From Chthoniobacteraceae bacterium (GTDB lineage: Bacteria; Verrucomicrobiota; Verrucomicrobiia; Chthoniobacterales; Chthoniobacteraceae): a stretch of 64,000 nucleotides of DNA. The position numbers were made by a program, and so were the translations under genes. Below the pieces are notes generated by a model, which ran no database searches, was not told the origin of the DNA, and saw only the letters and a list, made by a program, of their open reading frames with translations. Every line of letters begins with the position of its first letter. Position 1 is the first letter of the stretch. Location of the stretch: the NCBI GenBank assembly GCA_031409335.1, contig JANNWY010000212.1:41471-105470 (forward strand), in the 5' to 3' direction. Of the stretch, positions 18,362 to 30,192 are shown piece by piece.

Positions 18362-21259
18362 CTAAGGGCCGTGGATCGTCAGCCCCGGCCGCGCCGCCCG
18401 CAGCACCGCCACCCCCTCCTGGCTCACTCCCGTACAGCCGTCGAGCCAGAGCTCTTGCAGAGAAGCCAGCGCGAACAGCGGCTGAAGGTCGCTCACGCTC
18501 GTGCAGAAGCGGAGGTCGAGCCATCCCCATCCCAGTGAAGCCAGCATACGCAGTGGGCCGAGGTCGCGCACTTCTGTGCAGCCGGCGAGGTCGAGCCCTT
18601 GCAGGGAAGCCAGGGCACTCAGCGGATGGAGGTCACTCACCCCCGTGCAGCCGGAAAGGGAAAGATCTCGCAGGGAAGCCAGCGCGTGCAACGGATGGAG
18701 ATGGTTCACACCCGTGCAGCCGGTGAGGTGGATTCTCTCCGGACGGAGTGCAGCGGCGGCTTCGAGGGCGGGGGTCCGATACACGCTGCCGGCGACGATG
18801 AGGGACCGGGCGATGTTCCAGTTTCCACTAAACGCCGCGATGTGGGCCTTCCACAGGCTGCTCCAAATCTTTGCGCGCTGCGTGTCGTCGAGGGTCACTT
18901 CCTGGTCGATCGAGATGCCGGCGAGGAGTCGCGCGGCGGTGATGGGCATCCACTGCTTGCCTTTCTTCGGCTCGGTGGCGAGTTGGGGGAAGGTCCAGCG
19001 CAGGATGGTGAGGGTGTCGGGCGGGCTGTGGCGCAGCTTTTCCACGAGGAAGAGCAGCGGCTCGTGCCACACGGGCAGCGCGGCCATCGCGGCGAACATC
19101 TTCTCCTCATCCTCCTTTGCGGGGACGGCGGGCGCGCCGAAGAAGCCGTCCGCAGTCCCCTGCGCCTTGTCATTCAGGATGCGGCGGAAGTCCCGCTCGA
19201 GATGGCAGGCGGCGTAGTATTCCTGAAAGGAGAGGTGGGCGAAGCCGAAGACGCCCTCGCCGAGCGGGAGCAGCAGGCCGGTGCGGTTCGCGATGTGATC
19301 GAGGAAACGGTGCAGCTCGGCGCAGGCGGCAGCGTCCTGCGCCCCGCCGAAGCGCGGGCCGAGCCATTCCTCAAGCTCCGCGCGGGTGACGAGGATTTCG
19401 GTCTTCGCCTCCTCCTCCTGCGCGCCGCGCAGCTCCTGCATCCGCATGGCGGCGATGGCTACGAAAAGCGCCCCGGGGTTGTGCGGGTCGAGCAATACCT
19501 GACGCTGCGCGTGGGCGGCGCGCGTTTTCCCTGATCTGGCGAGCAAGTCTTTCGGCAAAATTGCCCGCTGCTCCTGCATCCGCATGGCGACGATCGAGAG
19601 CAGTTCCTCCTTTTCCTCGGGCTTCCACGCGACGACGAGGGAATCCGGCAGGCGCTTATTGATGTCGATCGCGCCAAGGTAGGCGTCGGAGATGGCGGCA
19701 TAGACGAGCGCGCGTCCGTTGGGCAGATGGGCCTTGTGGCGATAGAGCAGGGCGAGGAGGTAAAGGAGATTCGGCACGCGCCCGATGACGCGCGTGTGCG
19801 CATGCCGGTGGACGGCGTTGATGAAGTCTTCCGCCCGCTGCGTGCCCGCCGCTTCGCCGAGGCGGGGGCAAAACCAGTTCCCGGCGAAGGCGCGCTGCTG
19901 CGGGTCGTCAAGGGGGGTGAGGTGGAGGAGGGTGGCTTTTTCGAAGCCGTTGTGTCTTTCCATCCGGCCGTCCACGATCTTCGTGAGAAAAATGGTGGGG
20001 CGACCTTTCTCATCGGGTTCGCGGTCGTCGCGTATGAATCTACGATGCACCTCCGCCTGCTCATACCCCACAACCCGCGAGGTGACGAGCCACCGCCCCT
20101 CGGGATACTTTTCAAACCCCTCCCAGATCGCATCCCGGATGGCGGTGCGGCGCTGCGGGTCGCCGATCTCGTCGAGGCCGTCGATGAGGAAGAAGGCGCG
20201 GCCCGAGGCGAGGGTGGCGCGGAAAAGCGCGTCGTCCGCCGTGAGCGGGGCGGCGAGGGGCGCGCCCTTGCCACGATGCCGCCAATGCCGGAAGGCGGCG
20301 ACGAGGGCGTCCCAAGTCCACTCCTTCACCTCCGCCGGCATGGCGGAGACGAGGTCGCGGAGGATGAAGGGCAGCGGCACCGCCCCGCGCAGCGCCTCCG
20401 CGCCGGGCGGGACGGCTTCATCGGCGAGGGTGGCGATGAGATACTGGATGACGGTGCTCTTTCCCATGCCCGGATCGGCGAGGAGGACGACGCGGGCCTT
20501 CTCCCCGGCGAGGAGCGGGAGTAGCGGCCGCGCGGGGTTTTTCTCCCGCCACACGGCATCGAACGCCTCGGGCGTGAAGTGCGCATCGGTGCAGGCGGGC
20601 TCGACGAAGAGCTTGCGGATGAGGACGGGCCGGTCCTGCTCGCCGTCCCGCACGTCGCGATCGGGGACGGGGAGGCCGAGGTTTTCGTAGGTGGCGAACT
20701 GCTCGCGGAGGTTCGCGAAGTAGCGGTGGAGCGCGTGCGACGGATCATGTCCTCCACCCGTTCCCAGCTCCTCATCTAAAACCTTGTCCGCCGCGACGAG
20801 TGCCTTCACGTTCGGCAAGTTTTTCATCTGCTTGAGCAGATCAGCCAAGTCCCAGCACTCGATTTCCGGGCCACCCGCCGCTTGCGCGAACTTCTTCGGC
20901 ATTCCGGGTTTCCGGGGAAGCAGGAAGAAGATGATGAGCCGGTCGAAGTCGTCACCAAGGCGGTGCTCGAACGCCTTATCCTTTGTGCCGGCGATCTTCC
21001 GAGCGGTCGCTTCATTGGTGACCAGCATGGCGATGCGATGCCCGCGATCACCGAGGTCGGCGGCTGGGAAATCGGCTTGCTCCGCATTGAGGTCCACGAG
21101 GTTCCAGCCCAGCAAAGCATTGAAGAACCGCGCCATGACGAACTCGAGGGTGATATTCGAGTCAGTGAAGCTCGCGCGCGTCTGCGTCTTCAACTGGTCC
21201 GCGAGGACGTTCAGCCGGCGGGCGATGTTCTTGGCGAGAGTCTCACGCTCGAAGGGCAT
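18362..21259 (-). CDS. SMEK-like domain + NACHT NTPase + C-terminal LRR (NLR-like) protein
   Basis: N-terminal DLNAEQADFPAADLGD..IAMLVT; Walker A DPGMGKST; FLIDGLDEI; VTSR; FAHLSFQEYYAA; ~23-aa LRRs LxxLxLxGCTGVSD. Confidence 0.85.
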   Translation of the reverse strand: MPFERETLAKNIARRLNVLADQLKTQTRASFTDSNITLEFVMARFFNALLGWNLVDLNAEQADFPAADLGDRGHRIAMLVTNEATARKIAGTKDKAFEHRLGDDFDRLIIFFLLPRKPGMPKKFAQAAGGPEIECWDLADLLKQMKNLPNVKALVAADKVLDEELGTGGGHDPSHALHRYFANLREQFATYENLGLPVPDRDVRDGEQDRPVLIRKLFVEPACTDAHFTPEAFDAVWREKNPARPLLPLLAGEKARVVLLADPGMGKSTVIQYLIATLADEAVPPGAEALRGAVPLPFILRDLVSAMPAEVKEWTWDALVAAFRHWRHRGKGAPLAAPLTADDALFRATLASGRAFFLIDGLDEIGDPQRRTAIRDAIWEGFEKYPEGRWLVTSRVVGYEQAEVHRRFIRDDREPDEKGRPTIFLTKIVDGRMERHNGFEKATLLHLTPLDDPQQRAFAGNWFCPRLGEAAGTQRAEDFINAVHRHAHTRVIGRVPNLLYLLALLYRHKAHLPNGRALVYAAISDAYLGAIDINKRLPDSLVVAWKPEEKEELLSIVAMRMQEQRAILPKDLLARSGKTRAAHAQRQVLLDPHNPGALFVAIAAMRMQELRGAQEEEAKTEILVTRAELEEWLGPRFGGAQDAAACAELHRFLDHIANRTGLLLPLGEGVFGFAHLSFQEYYAACHLERDFRRILNDKAQGTADGFFGAPAVPAKEDEEKMFAAMAALPVWHEPLLFLVEKLRHSPPDTLTILRWTFPQLATEPKKGKQWMPITAARLLAGISIDQEVTLDDTQRAKIWSSLWKAHIAAFSGNWNIARSLIVAGSVYRTPALEAAAALRPERIHLTGCTGVNHLHPLHALASLRDLSLSGCTGVSDLHPLSALASLQGLDLAGCTEVRDLGPLRMLASLGWGWLDLRFCTSVSDLQPLFALASLQELWLDGCTGVSQEGVAVLRAARPGLTIHGP

Positions 21260-21368
21260 GGAGAAAGGGAGGTTGGTGCGAGCTTAGCGGGCGAAGCGAA
21301 AACCGCAGCTCGCCGTCAGGTAGGCTCATCCTGCGCGCCGTCTTAACAGGCGGCGGCTGCGCGGCCAA

Positions 21369-21953
21369 TCATTCCTTGCTCGCCTCCGCCTTCACTACCT
21401 TGCGCGCCTGCGCGACGAGGAGGTTGCACGCTTCGTGGCAGAACAGGGGAATGTTGCCCGCGTCGTCTGGCGGCGTCTGCCCATCCCAGAGGCGGCACTT
21501 TAGACAACCTGCGCAGAACGAGTCGATCATCGTTCGCGCCTGCTCGTCGGTGATCTTTTGCGTGATGCGATACATGCCGGTCTGGCGGTCCAGCGTTTCG
21601 CGGAAAGGCACGGGGCGCAGCGCGCCGAGCAACTGGCTTTGCCACACCGCGGTCATCGCCGGATAGAAATAGTCGAGCGCCCGCCGCAGCTCATCGACGT
21701 CGCGCAAAACCAGTCGCCAGCCGTGGCGCAGATTTGGCGCGGTTTTCAGCGGGCGATAGGCTTCCGCGTCGTCGAGACTTGCGAGGTGCCGCGCCGCGTT
21801 GGCATCGTCGTGGCGCGCGAGATCGGCGCGGGAAAGATCATCCGCGTGCCGCAACTCCCAGCCGTCCGCCGTTTCCAAAACCACGATCTGCCCGATCCGG
21901 GTGCGCCCGCTTTCCAGCCACGCGGCGAGCGATTGCGTCAGCGTCTGTTTCAC
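21369..21953 (-). CDS. DR2241-family Fe-S-associated protein (CbiX partner)
   Basis: YRPLKTAPNLRHGW, ALDYFYP, RQTGMY, CAGCLK..C...CHEAC Cys cluster; overlaps the CbiX-like gene. Confidence 0.75.
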   Translation of the reverse strand: MKQTLTQSLAAWLESGRTRIGQIVVLETADGWELRHADDLSRADLARHDDANAARHLASLDDAEAYRPLKTAPNLRHGWRLVLRDVDELRRALDYFYPAMTAVWQSQLLGALRPVPFRETLDRQTGMYRITQKITDEQARTMIDSFCAGCLKCRLWDGQTPPDDAGNIPLFCHEACNLLVAQARKVVKAEASKE

Positions 21954-22762
21954 GCGGCGTGCAGGGCGTCAAAGGCCGCGACTTGATCAAGCACGATCTC
22001 GGCGAAGAGCGCCTCGGTGCCGATCGCGCTCGCGTAGAACAGCGTGCGCCCGCGCCGCGCATACGGATTGCCGCGAAACACTGCCGCACGATCACGACTC
22101 GCCGCACCTGGCGACTCGTCCGCGATGCCGAGCAGCACCGGGATGTCCTCATAGCTATGCAGCCCGTCGGCGATGAAGAATGGCACGACGACGACATTCG
22201 GCTGCGTGGAAAGCGCGTCCCATTTCGCGATCAGCGGCTCCTCTTCCATGTAGGAACTCAGCACCTCGCCGTAGATGCCGCGCTCGCGAATCCGCTCCAC
22301 TTCGCGCTTCGCGGCCGCGGCGGAGTTGTCGTTGAGATTCGTGCCGTGCCCGACGATGAAGAGGCTCGTCTCGCGCGGCGGAACGCCGGGAGCAATCTGC
22401 GCGGCGCGGTGCAGCAGCAGCTCCGTCATCCGCGCATGATTTCCGGCGGGCTCGCAATACTTGATGGTGCGCGCGCCGCGTCGCGTGACCGGGCCTTCCA
22501 GCTCTAGTTCGCGCGGTATGACGGTGCGCGTGAAGTAGCCTTCGCTGATGAAATTTGGCACCACATAAATGTCGTCGCGATCCACCATGTGCAGCACCTG
22601 CCGGAGACTCGGCTCCTCTTTCCAAAACGCGCAATGCACCTCGCCAAACTTCCCACGCCGCAAAATCTCTTCCGCGTGGTCGAAAGTCGGCGCGCTCGAA
22701 TCGGGATTCACCGTCGAGCCGTGGCCGACGAGGATGAGCGCGCTGTCAGGTTTGGAAAACAT
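21950..22762 (-). CDS. CbiX/SirB family chelatase-like protein
   Basis: Two GHG(S/T) motifs, AFWKEEP, VVPFFIADGLH. Confidence 0.82.
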   Translation of the reverse strand: MFSKPDSALILVGHGSTVNPDSSAPTFDHAEEILRRGKFGEVHCAFWKEEPSLRQVLHMVDRDDIYVVPNFISEGYFTRTVIPRELELEGPVTRRGARTIKYCEPAGNHARMTELLLHRAAQIAPGVPPRETSLFIVGHGTNLNDNSAAAAKREVERIRERGIYGEVLSSYMEEEPLIAKWDALSTQPNVVVVPFFIADGLHSYEDIPVLLGIADESPGAASRDRAAVFRGNPYARRGRTLFYASAIGTEALFAEIVLDQVAAFDALHAA

Positions 22763-22830
22763 GTGTCTGTTGGCCTAACTCTTACGCATCACGAAGTCGA
22801 ACGGTTTCCCCGGCGGGCGCAGGCGCAGCA

Positions 22831-22927
22831 TAAACACAGAGCCACAGACGACACAGAGATTCACAGAGACGGATTTTCCTGATTTTCCCCTCTGTGTATC
22901 TCCGTGTTCTTCGTGCCTCTGTGTTTA
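22831..22927. repeat. Imperfect palindrome of CACAGAG/CTCTGTG units (family D)
   Basis: taaacacagag...ctctgtgttta ends with ~4 cacaga(g/c) units facing complementary units; intergenic. Confidence 0.7.
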
Positions 22928-22939
22928 AGTCCGCCCGCA

Positions 22940-24760
22940 TCACCGCGCGGGCGTGCGCCGCAAGATCGCGATCCGCGCGCGCGATTCCCCGTCGTGCACA
23001 TCGAGTTCCGCCGCCTCGGTGAAAGCGGCAATCGCGCGCGGATCGTCGCGCTCCTTTGCCAGCAGATCGCCAAGCATCGCCCATGATTCGGCGCGGAAGG
23101 ACTGGCGGTCGAGGAATCCGCTCAGTTCGCGGATCGCATCGACGCGGCGCTCGGCGCGATCAAGTTCGCCGATGTAACGCCGCCAGGTCGGCCAGTGATT
23201 CTGCGCGGCGACGGCCGCGTCGCGCAGCATCGGCGTGATGTCCGCGCCGGTTTTGATCCGCGCGAGCGACGCGCGCAGCAGGCGCCAATCGCTCACGACG
23301 ACGGGATGCGTCTCCGCTTTCGCCAGCAGCGATTCCGCGGCGTCGAGTTGATTTAGGCGGATGAGCACCGCCGCCGCGCCGAGCTGTGCGAAGGGCTGAT
23401 CCGGCGCGAGCGCGAGCGCCTTTTTCATTTCCTCCAGCGCGAGGTCGTCGCGCTTTTCCGATGATTCCAGTTGCCCGAGATTCACCCGCATCCGCGCGCT
23501 GTCGCCGCCGTTCGCGATGTTGCGTTCGAGAAAAGTGCGCTGGTCTTTCCAGTCCGGCTGGCGCTGCCAGGTCCGCGCGCCGAGCCATGCGGCCCATGGG
23601 ACGAAGGCGACCAATGCGAGCCTGGCGATGCGCGGATATTCGGAAAGCGTCGCGGCGCTCGCGATGAAGAGAAACGCCAGCGGCACATACAGCCAGTGCT
23701 CCGCCACGCTCGCGTTCAGCGCGAAAATATTGCTCACCGGCAAATACGCCACCAGCCCTGCGATCAAGGCCAGCGCAGCTACCGGCGCGTGCCGCCGCGA
23801 CCAGCGCCACCAAACGACGCAGCCCGCGATCAGCGCCAAACCCAGCAGCGTCTGCCACTCGCGCCGCTGCGCGATCGCATCGCGCTCCGCCGGCGGACCG
23901 ACGCCCGAACTCACATCCCGCTCCATCCGCAAATTCACCGGAGCCACGATCAGCCCTGCGTATTCCGCCACTGCGCGCGCCGCGAGGATCGGGCGCACAC
24001 TCGCTGGCGGCACATCCTGCTTTGGCGGCGGAATGTTTTCCGCGGTAAAACGCAGCGCGCAATAAACCGCGATCACCGCCGCTCCGAGCGCGATCCATTT
24101 TCCCCAAACCGCGCGCGGCACGCGATGCCACGCGAGCATCGCAAACCAAATCAGTAGCGCCGCCGCGCCCGCTTCCTTCGACAAAAGCGCGCCCAAAAAA
24201 CAAACCGCCGCAGCAGCGCTCCACCACCGGGGACGCCGCACTTCGAGGCTTTTCAGCGCCAGCGTCAGTCCCAAAAATCCGAACAGCGCCTGCAACGGAT
24301 CGGCCCGCCCGGCGATGTAAGTCACCGCCGAAGTATGCAGCGGATGAATCGCCCAGAGCACCGCGATCCCGCCCGCCCAGCCGCGATGCGCGGTCAGTTT
24401 TTCCGCAAGGAAAAACAGCGCAATCGCCGCCGCGAGATGCACGTAGATACTCGTGAGATGCCAGCCGTGTGCGCTGCGATCCCATAGCGCGTAGTCCGCC
24501 GTGAAGGACACGCGCTGGAGCGGGCGGTAGAAATTGGAAGCCGTCGCGTCGATGAACAGAAAATGCCGGAAGCCCTCGGGAATCAGCCGCCAGCTTCGGA
24601 TCAGCGGATCGCGCTGCACGAGCGCGGTGTCATCCCAGACAAATCCGTTGCGCTGCGCTGGCCAGTACACGAAAAGCGTCGCCACGATGATGAACAAAAT
24701 TGCCCCGGCGCGCTGGAGATTTTTCAAGGTGACGATGATGCGAAGCTCACGCCGGGCCAT
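22940..24760 (-). CDS. TMTC-like membrane glycosyltransferase with C-terminal TPR
   Basis: FVWDD, FYRPL, HPLHTSAVTYIAGRAD, LLSKE, AEHWLYVP; many TM segments then TPR-like helices; ATG 24760. Confidence 0.82.
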   Translation of the reverse strand: MARRELRIIVTLKNLQRAGAILFIIVATLFVYWPAQRNGFVWDDTALVQRDPLIRSWRLIPEGFRHFLFIDATASNFYRPLQRVSFTADYALWDRSAHGWHLTSIYVHLAAAIALFFLAEKLTAHRGWAGGIAVLWAIHPLHTSAVTYIAGRADPLQALFGFLGLTLALKSLEVRRPRWWSAAAAVCFLGALLSKEAGAAALLIWFAMLAWHRVPRAVWGKWIALGAAVIAVYCALRFTAENIPPPKQDVPPASVRPILAARAVAEYAGLIVAPVNLRMERDVSSGVGPPAERDAIAQRREWQTLLGLALIAGCVVWWRWSRRHAPVAALALIAGLVAYLPVSNIFALNASVAEHWLYVPLAFLFIASAATLSEYPRIARLALVAFVPWAAWLGARTWQRQPDWKDQRTFLERNIANGGDSARMRVNLGQLESSEKRDDLALEEMKKALALAPDQPFAQLGAAAVLIRLNQLDAAESLLAKAETHPVVVSDWRLLRASLARIKTGADITPMLRDAAVAAQNHWPTWRRYIGELDRAERRVDAIRELSGFLDRQSFRAESWAMLGDLLAKERDDPRAIAAFTEAAELDVHDGESRARIAILRRTPAR

Positions 24761-24770
24761 CAAGTCTGCC

Positions 24771-25613
24771 GTGGTTCTTGCGGGCAAGTGGCGCAGCCGC
24801 CCCGGCTGCCGGCCAGTCCTGCGATCGACCCGACCGCAGTCGGCAGGCGAGGCGCCCGCCGGACGGCTCACAGCCGGGGCGGCTGCGCTACTCCTCGCCT
24901 TGCCCCCCGCCGCGCCCGCGGGCGAACTCGATGGCGCGAAACAACTCATCGTCAGCATCGCGCCGACGTGGAATGCGACCACGGGCCGGCTGCAATGCTT
25001 TGAGCGGAGCGGTTCCGGCTGGAAACCCGTGACGAATGCGTGGCCCGTGCTTTACGGAAAAAGCGGCCTCGCGTGGGGTCGCGGCGTGCTCGGGCAAAGT
25101 GAGTCCGGCTTGAAAAAAACCGAGCGCGACAAACGCGCGCCGGCAGGTGTCTTTCGCATCGGAAAAATCTACACCTACGACTCCGCGCTTCCGGGCGGGG
25201 CGGACTATCCGTTTCACACCGTCTCCACCGCCGACGCGTGGATCGACGATGCCGCGCATCCGCAATACAACCAGCATGTCGTGATCGATCCGCAAAACCC
25301 GCCGCCGTGGTTCGCGAAACAAAAGATGCGGCACGGCGATTTCGCCTACCGCTGGCTGCTGGAAATCCGGCACAACTCCGACCCGCCGCAGCCCGGCGCG
25401 GGCAGCGCGATTTTCTTCCACATCCGCCGCGGCGTGGATCGCCCGAGCGCGGGCTGCACGACGATGGCCGAGGAAAATCTGGTGAAACTGATCCGCACCC
25501 TCCGCCCCGAGGCGCGCCCACACTACGCGCTGCTCCCGCGCGGCGAATACGAGGCGAAATGGAAAGCGTGGGGACTGCCATCGCCGCCGGAAGCGGCAGC
25601 GCTTTTGCCGTAA
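24771..25613 (+). CDS. YkuD / L,D-transpeptidase-fold secreted protein (start uncertain)
   Basis: ERDKRAPAGVF, GSAIFFHI...SAGC (His...Cys catalytic motif); in-frame GTG 24771 or ATG 24735/24738. Confidence 0.8.
   Translation: MVLAGKWRSRPGCRPVLRSTRPQSAGEAPAGRLTAGAAALLLALPPAAPAGELDGAKQLIVSIAPTWNATTGRLQCFERSGSGWKPVTNAWPVLYGKSGLAWGRGVLGQSESGLKKTERDKRAPAGVFRIGKIYTYDSALPGGADYPFHTVSTADAWIDDAAHPQYNQHVVIDPQNPPPWFAKQKMRHGDFAYRWLLEIRHNSDPPQPGAGSAIFFHIRRGVDRPSAGCTTMAEENLVKLIRTLRPEARPHYALLPRGEYEAKWKAWGLPSPPEAAALLP
24787..24892. repeat. 106-bp REP-like element (family B, copy 1)
   Basis: Terminal inverted repeats gcagccgccccggctg/cagccggggcggctgc; ungapped match to 59105-59210 with 18 mismatches by hand count. 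Confidence 0.85.
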
Positions 25614-25616
25614 AAA

Positions 25617-27644
<2,028 letters not shown>

Positions 27645-27792
27645 GCTGCCTGCGCAGTCCTCTTCCTTCAGGATGGAGGAATTTGGGAGGATGATTGCTG
27701 ATGAGACGCCAGCTCGCCTCTGCCGCCGTCCGTTGGATGGGTCGCGCTGACCGCTTGGCGCGGACGGCTGGGTGAGCCATGCTCACTTTCCA

Positions 27793-28557
27793 ATGCCGAC
27801 TGCCCTTTCCGAAATCCCCGCGCTGCCGGGAAACGCGTCGCGTGAACCGCAACGCGAGCCGCTCTTCGTCGCGCGCGGACTCGAGAAGGTCTATCACACC
27901 GGCGAGGTCGATGTGCGCGCGCTGGATGGCGTGGACCTTGATCTTTATCCAGGCGAACTCATCGTCCTGCTCGGCGCGTCCGGCTCGGGAAAATCCACGC
28001 TGCTCAATATCCTCGGCGGACTCGATGTGCCGAGCGCGGGTTCGCTGACTTATCGAGGGCGCGACATCACAGATGCGGATGAGGATGAACTCACGCGCTT
28101 CCGCCGGGATTCGGTCGGGTTCATTTTTCAATTTTACAACCTGATCCCGAGCCTCACCGGACGGGAAAACGTCGCACTCATCACCGAGATCGCGCGCGAT
28201 CCGATGACGCCGGAGGAGGCGCTCGCGCTCGTCGAACTCACCGACCGCATGGACCATTTCCCGTCGCAGATGTCCGGCGGCCAGCAGCAGCGCGTGGCCA
28301 TCGCGCGGGCGATCGCGAAGCGGCCCGAGGTCTTGCTTTGCGATGAACCGACTGGGGCGCTCGACGTGAAAACGGGGATCGCCGTGCTGGAAGCGATCGA
28401 GCATGTGAATCTCGAAATCGGTACGCTCACCGTCGTCATCACGCACAATGCGGTGATCGCGGAAATGGCGGATCGCGTGATCCACCTGCGCGACGGACGC
28501 ATCGCAAATATCACGCGCAACGAAACGCGGCGGCCCGTGCGCGAATTGGAATGGTGA
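27793..28557 (+). CDS. ABC transporter ATP-binding protein (LolD/MacB type)
   Basis: [31 protein letters not shown]. Confidence 0.93.
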   Translation: MPTALSEIPALPGNASREPQREPLFVARGLEKVYHTGEVDVRALDGVDLDLYPGELIVLLGASGSGKSTLLNILGGLDVPSAGSLTYRGRDITDADEDELTRFRRDSVGFIFQFYNLIPSLTGRENVALITEIARDPMTPEEALALVELTDRMDHFPSQMSGGQQQRVAIARAIAKRPEVLLCDEPTGALDVKTGIAVLEAIEHVNLEIGTLTVVITHNAVIAEMADRVIHLRDGRIANITRNETRRPVRELEW

Positions 28558-30137
28558 TGCCGCGCTCGATATTTTTCCGCGCCCTCGCCGCGTTTTTCGC
28601 CATCGCGGCGGCTCAGGCGGAAGAGCCGGCGTACGATTTCGTGCTGCGCGGCGGGCGCATCATCGATGGCTCGGGCAATCCCGCCTTTCACGGCGATCTC
28701 GCGGTGAAAGGCGGATGCATCGCCGCCATCGGGAAAATCGTGGGCGCGGGCAAACGCGAAATCGCCGTCGCCGGAATGATCGTCGCGCCTGGATTCATCG
28801 ACGTCCACACCCACGCGGAGGACATCGAAGAGCAGCCGCTCGGGGAGAACTTCCTGCGCATGGGCGTCACGACCATCGTGCTGGGGAATTGCGGAAGTTC
28901 GGTGCTCAACGTCGGCGAATTTTTCCAGCGGATCGAGACGGCCGCTTTTTCACCGAACGTCGCCACGCTCGTCGGCCACGGCACGGTGCGGCGCGCGGCG
29001 ATGCACGGCTCGTTCGACCGCCTGCCGACCGAGCCGGAACTCACGCAGATGCGCGCGCTCGTGCGGCGCGGGATGGAAGACGGCGCGGTAGGGCTCGCGA
29101 CGGGATTGATCTATCTGCCGGGCACTTTCGCGAAGACGGAGGAACTCATCGACATGGCGAAGGTGGCCGCGGAGTTCGGCGGGATTTACGCGACACATCA
29201 GCGGAGCGAGTCGGCGGAAATTTTCCAATCGCTCGACGAAATCTTCCGCATCGGGCGGGAGGCCCGCCTGCGCGTGGAAATCTCGCACTTGAAACTCTCC
29301 GGCCCATCAAACTGGGGCAAGGCCGCGCAGGTACTCGCGGCGATCGAAAAGGCGCGCGCCGAAGGGCTCGACATCACGCAGGATCAATACGCCTACACCG
29401 CGTCGAGTACGGGCATCAGCCAGCTCGTGCCGGAGGCGATGCGCGAGGGGGGCGACGCGAAATTTCGCGAGCGGCTGGATGATGCGGAGACGAAGGCGAA
29501 ATACATCGCGGAGATGAAGCGCACGCTGGAGAAGCGAGGCAGCGCGGACTACGCGTACGCCGTCATCGCAGCCTACAAAATCGACCCGACATTGAACGGG
29601 CTGAACATCGCGACGGCGGCGGGAAAAGTGCGCTCGTCGCAGACGCTGGACGAGCAGATCGAGCTGATTTTCGACATCGTGCAAAATGGCGGGGCGACGG
29701 GCGTTTTCCACGGCATGAGCGAGGCGGATCTCGCGGTCTTCATGCAGCATCCTAATACGATGTTTGCCAGCGACAGCGGGGTGCGTCGTTTCCAGGAAGA
29801 CGTGCCGCATCCGCGCGGCTACGGGAACAACGCGCGCGTGCTCGCCGAATACGTGCGGGAGAAAAAAATCCTGCGCATCGAAGACGCCGTGCGGCGGATG
29901 ACTTCGCTGCCGGCGCGCACGTTTCATTTCGCGGAGCGCGGAGAATTACTGCCTGGAAACTGGGCGGACATCACCGTCTTCGATCCTGAAAAAGTCGCCG
30001 ACCCATCGACTTATGCCGACCCGCACCACTACTCGACTGGCTTCCGCTTTGTCTTCGTGAACGGGGTGCTCGTGGTGGAAAGCGACACGCACACCGGAGC
30101 GCGTTCGGGCCAAGTGCTGCGCCGGGCGACTCCATAA
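28557..30137 (+). CDS. N-acyl-D-amino-acid deacylase (D-aminoacylase) family, secreted
   Basis: Signal peptide; PGFIDVHTH, GVTTIVLGNCG, ISHLK, ASDSG, PHPRGYG. Confidence 0.88.
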   Translation: MPRSIFFRALAAFFAIAAAQAEEPAYDFVLRGGRIIDGSGNPAFHGDLAVKGGCIAAIGKIVGAGKREIAVAGMIVAPGFIDVHTHAEDIEEQPLGENFLRMGVTTIVLGNCGSSVLNVGEFFQRIETAAFSPNVATLVGHGTVRRAAMHGSFDRLPTEPELTQMRALVRRGMEDGAVGLATGLIYLPGTFAKTEELIDMAKVAAEFGGIYATHQRSESAEIFQSLDEIFRIGREARLRVEISHLKLSGPSNWGKAAQVLAAIEKARAEGLDITQDQYAYTASSTGISQLVPEAMREGGDAKFRERLDDAETKAKYIAEMKRTLEKRGSADYAYAVIAAYKIDPTLNGLNIATAAGKVRSSQTLDEQIELIFDIVQNGGATGVFHGMSEADLAVFMQHPNTMFASDSGVRRFQEDVPHPRGYGNNARVLAEYVREKKILRIEDAVRRMTSLPARTFHFAERGELLPGNWADITVFDPEKVADPSTYADPHHYSTGFRFVFVNGVLVVESDTHTGARSGQVLRRATP

Positions 30138-30192
30138 AATTCCGCTGAAAATCTCACCACTCAATCTCAAACTGCTCCGCGATGCCGGGCGG

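Noticed and set aside
22831..22927. CRISPR array
   Set aside because: Short degenerate units in a palindrome, no unique spacers, no cas genes.
27645..27792. Structured ncRNA or riboswitch after gap
   Set aside because: Only a modest GC stem (gccgtccg/cggacggc); no recognisable family motif.
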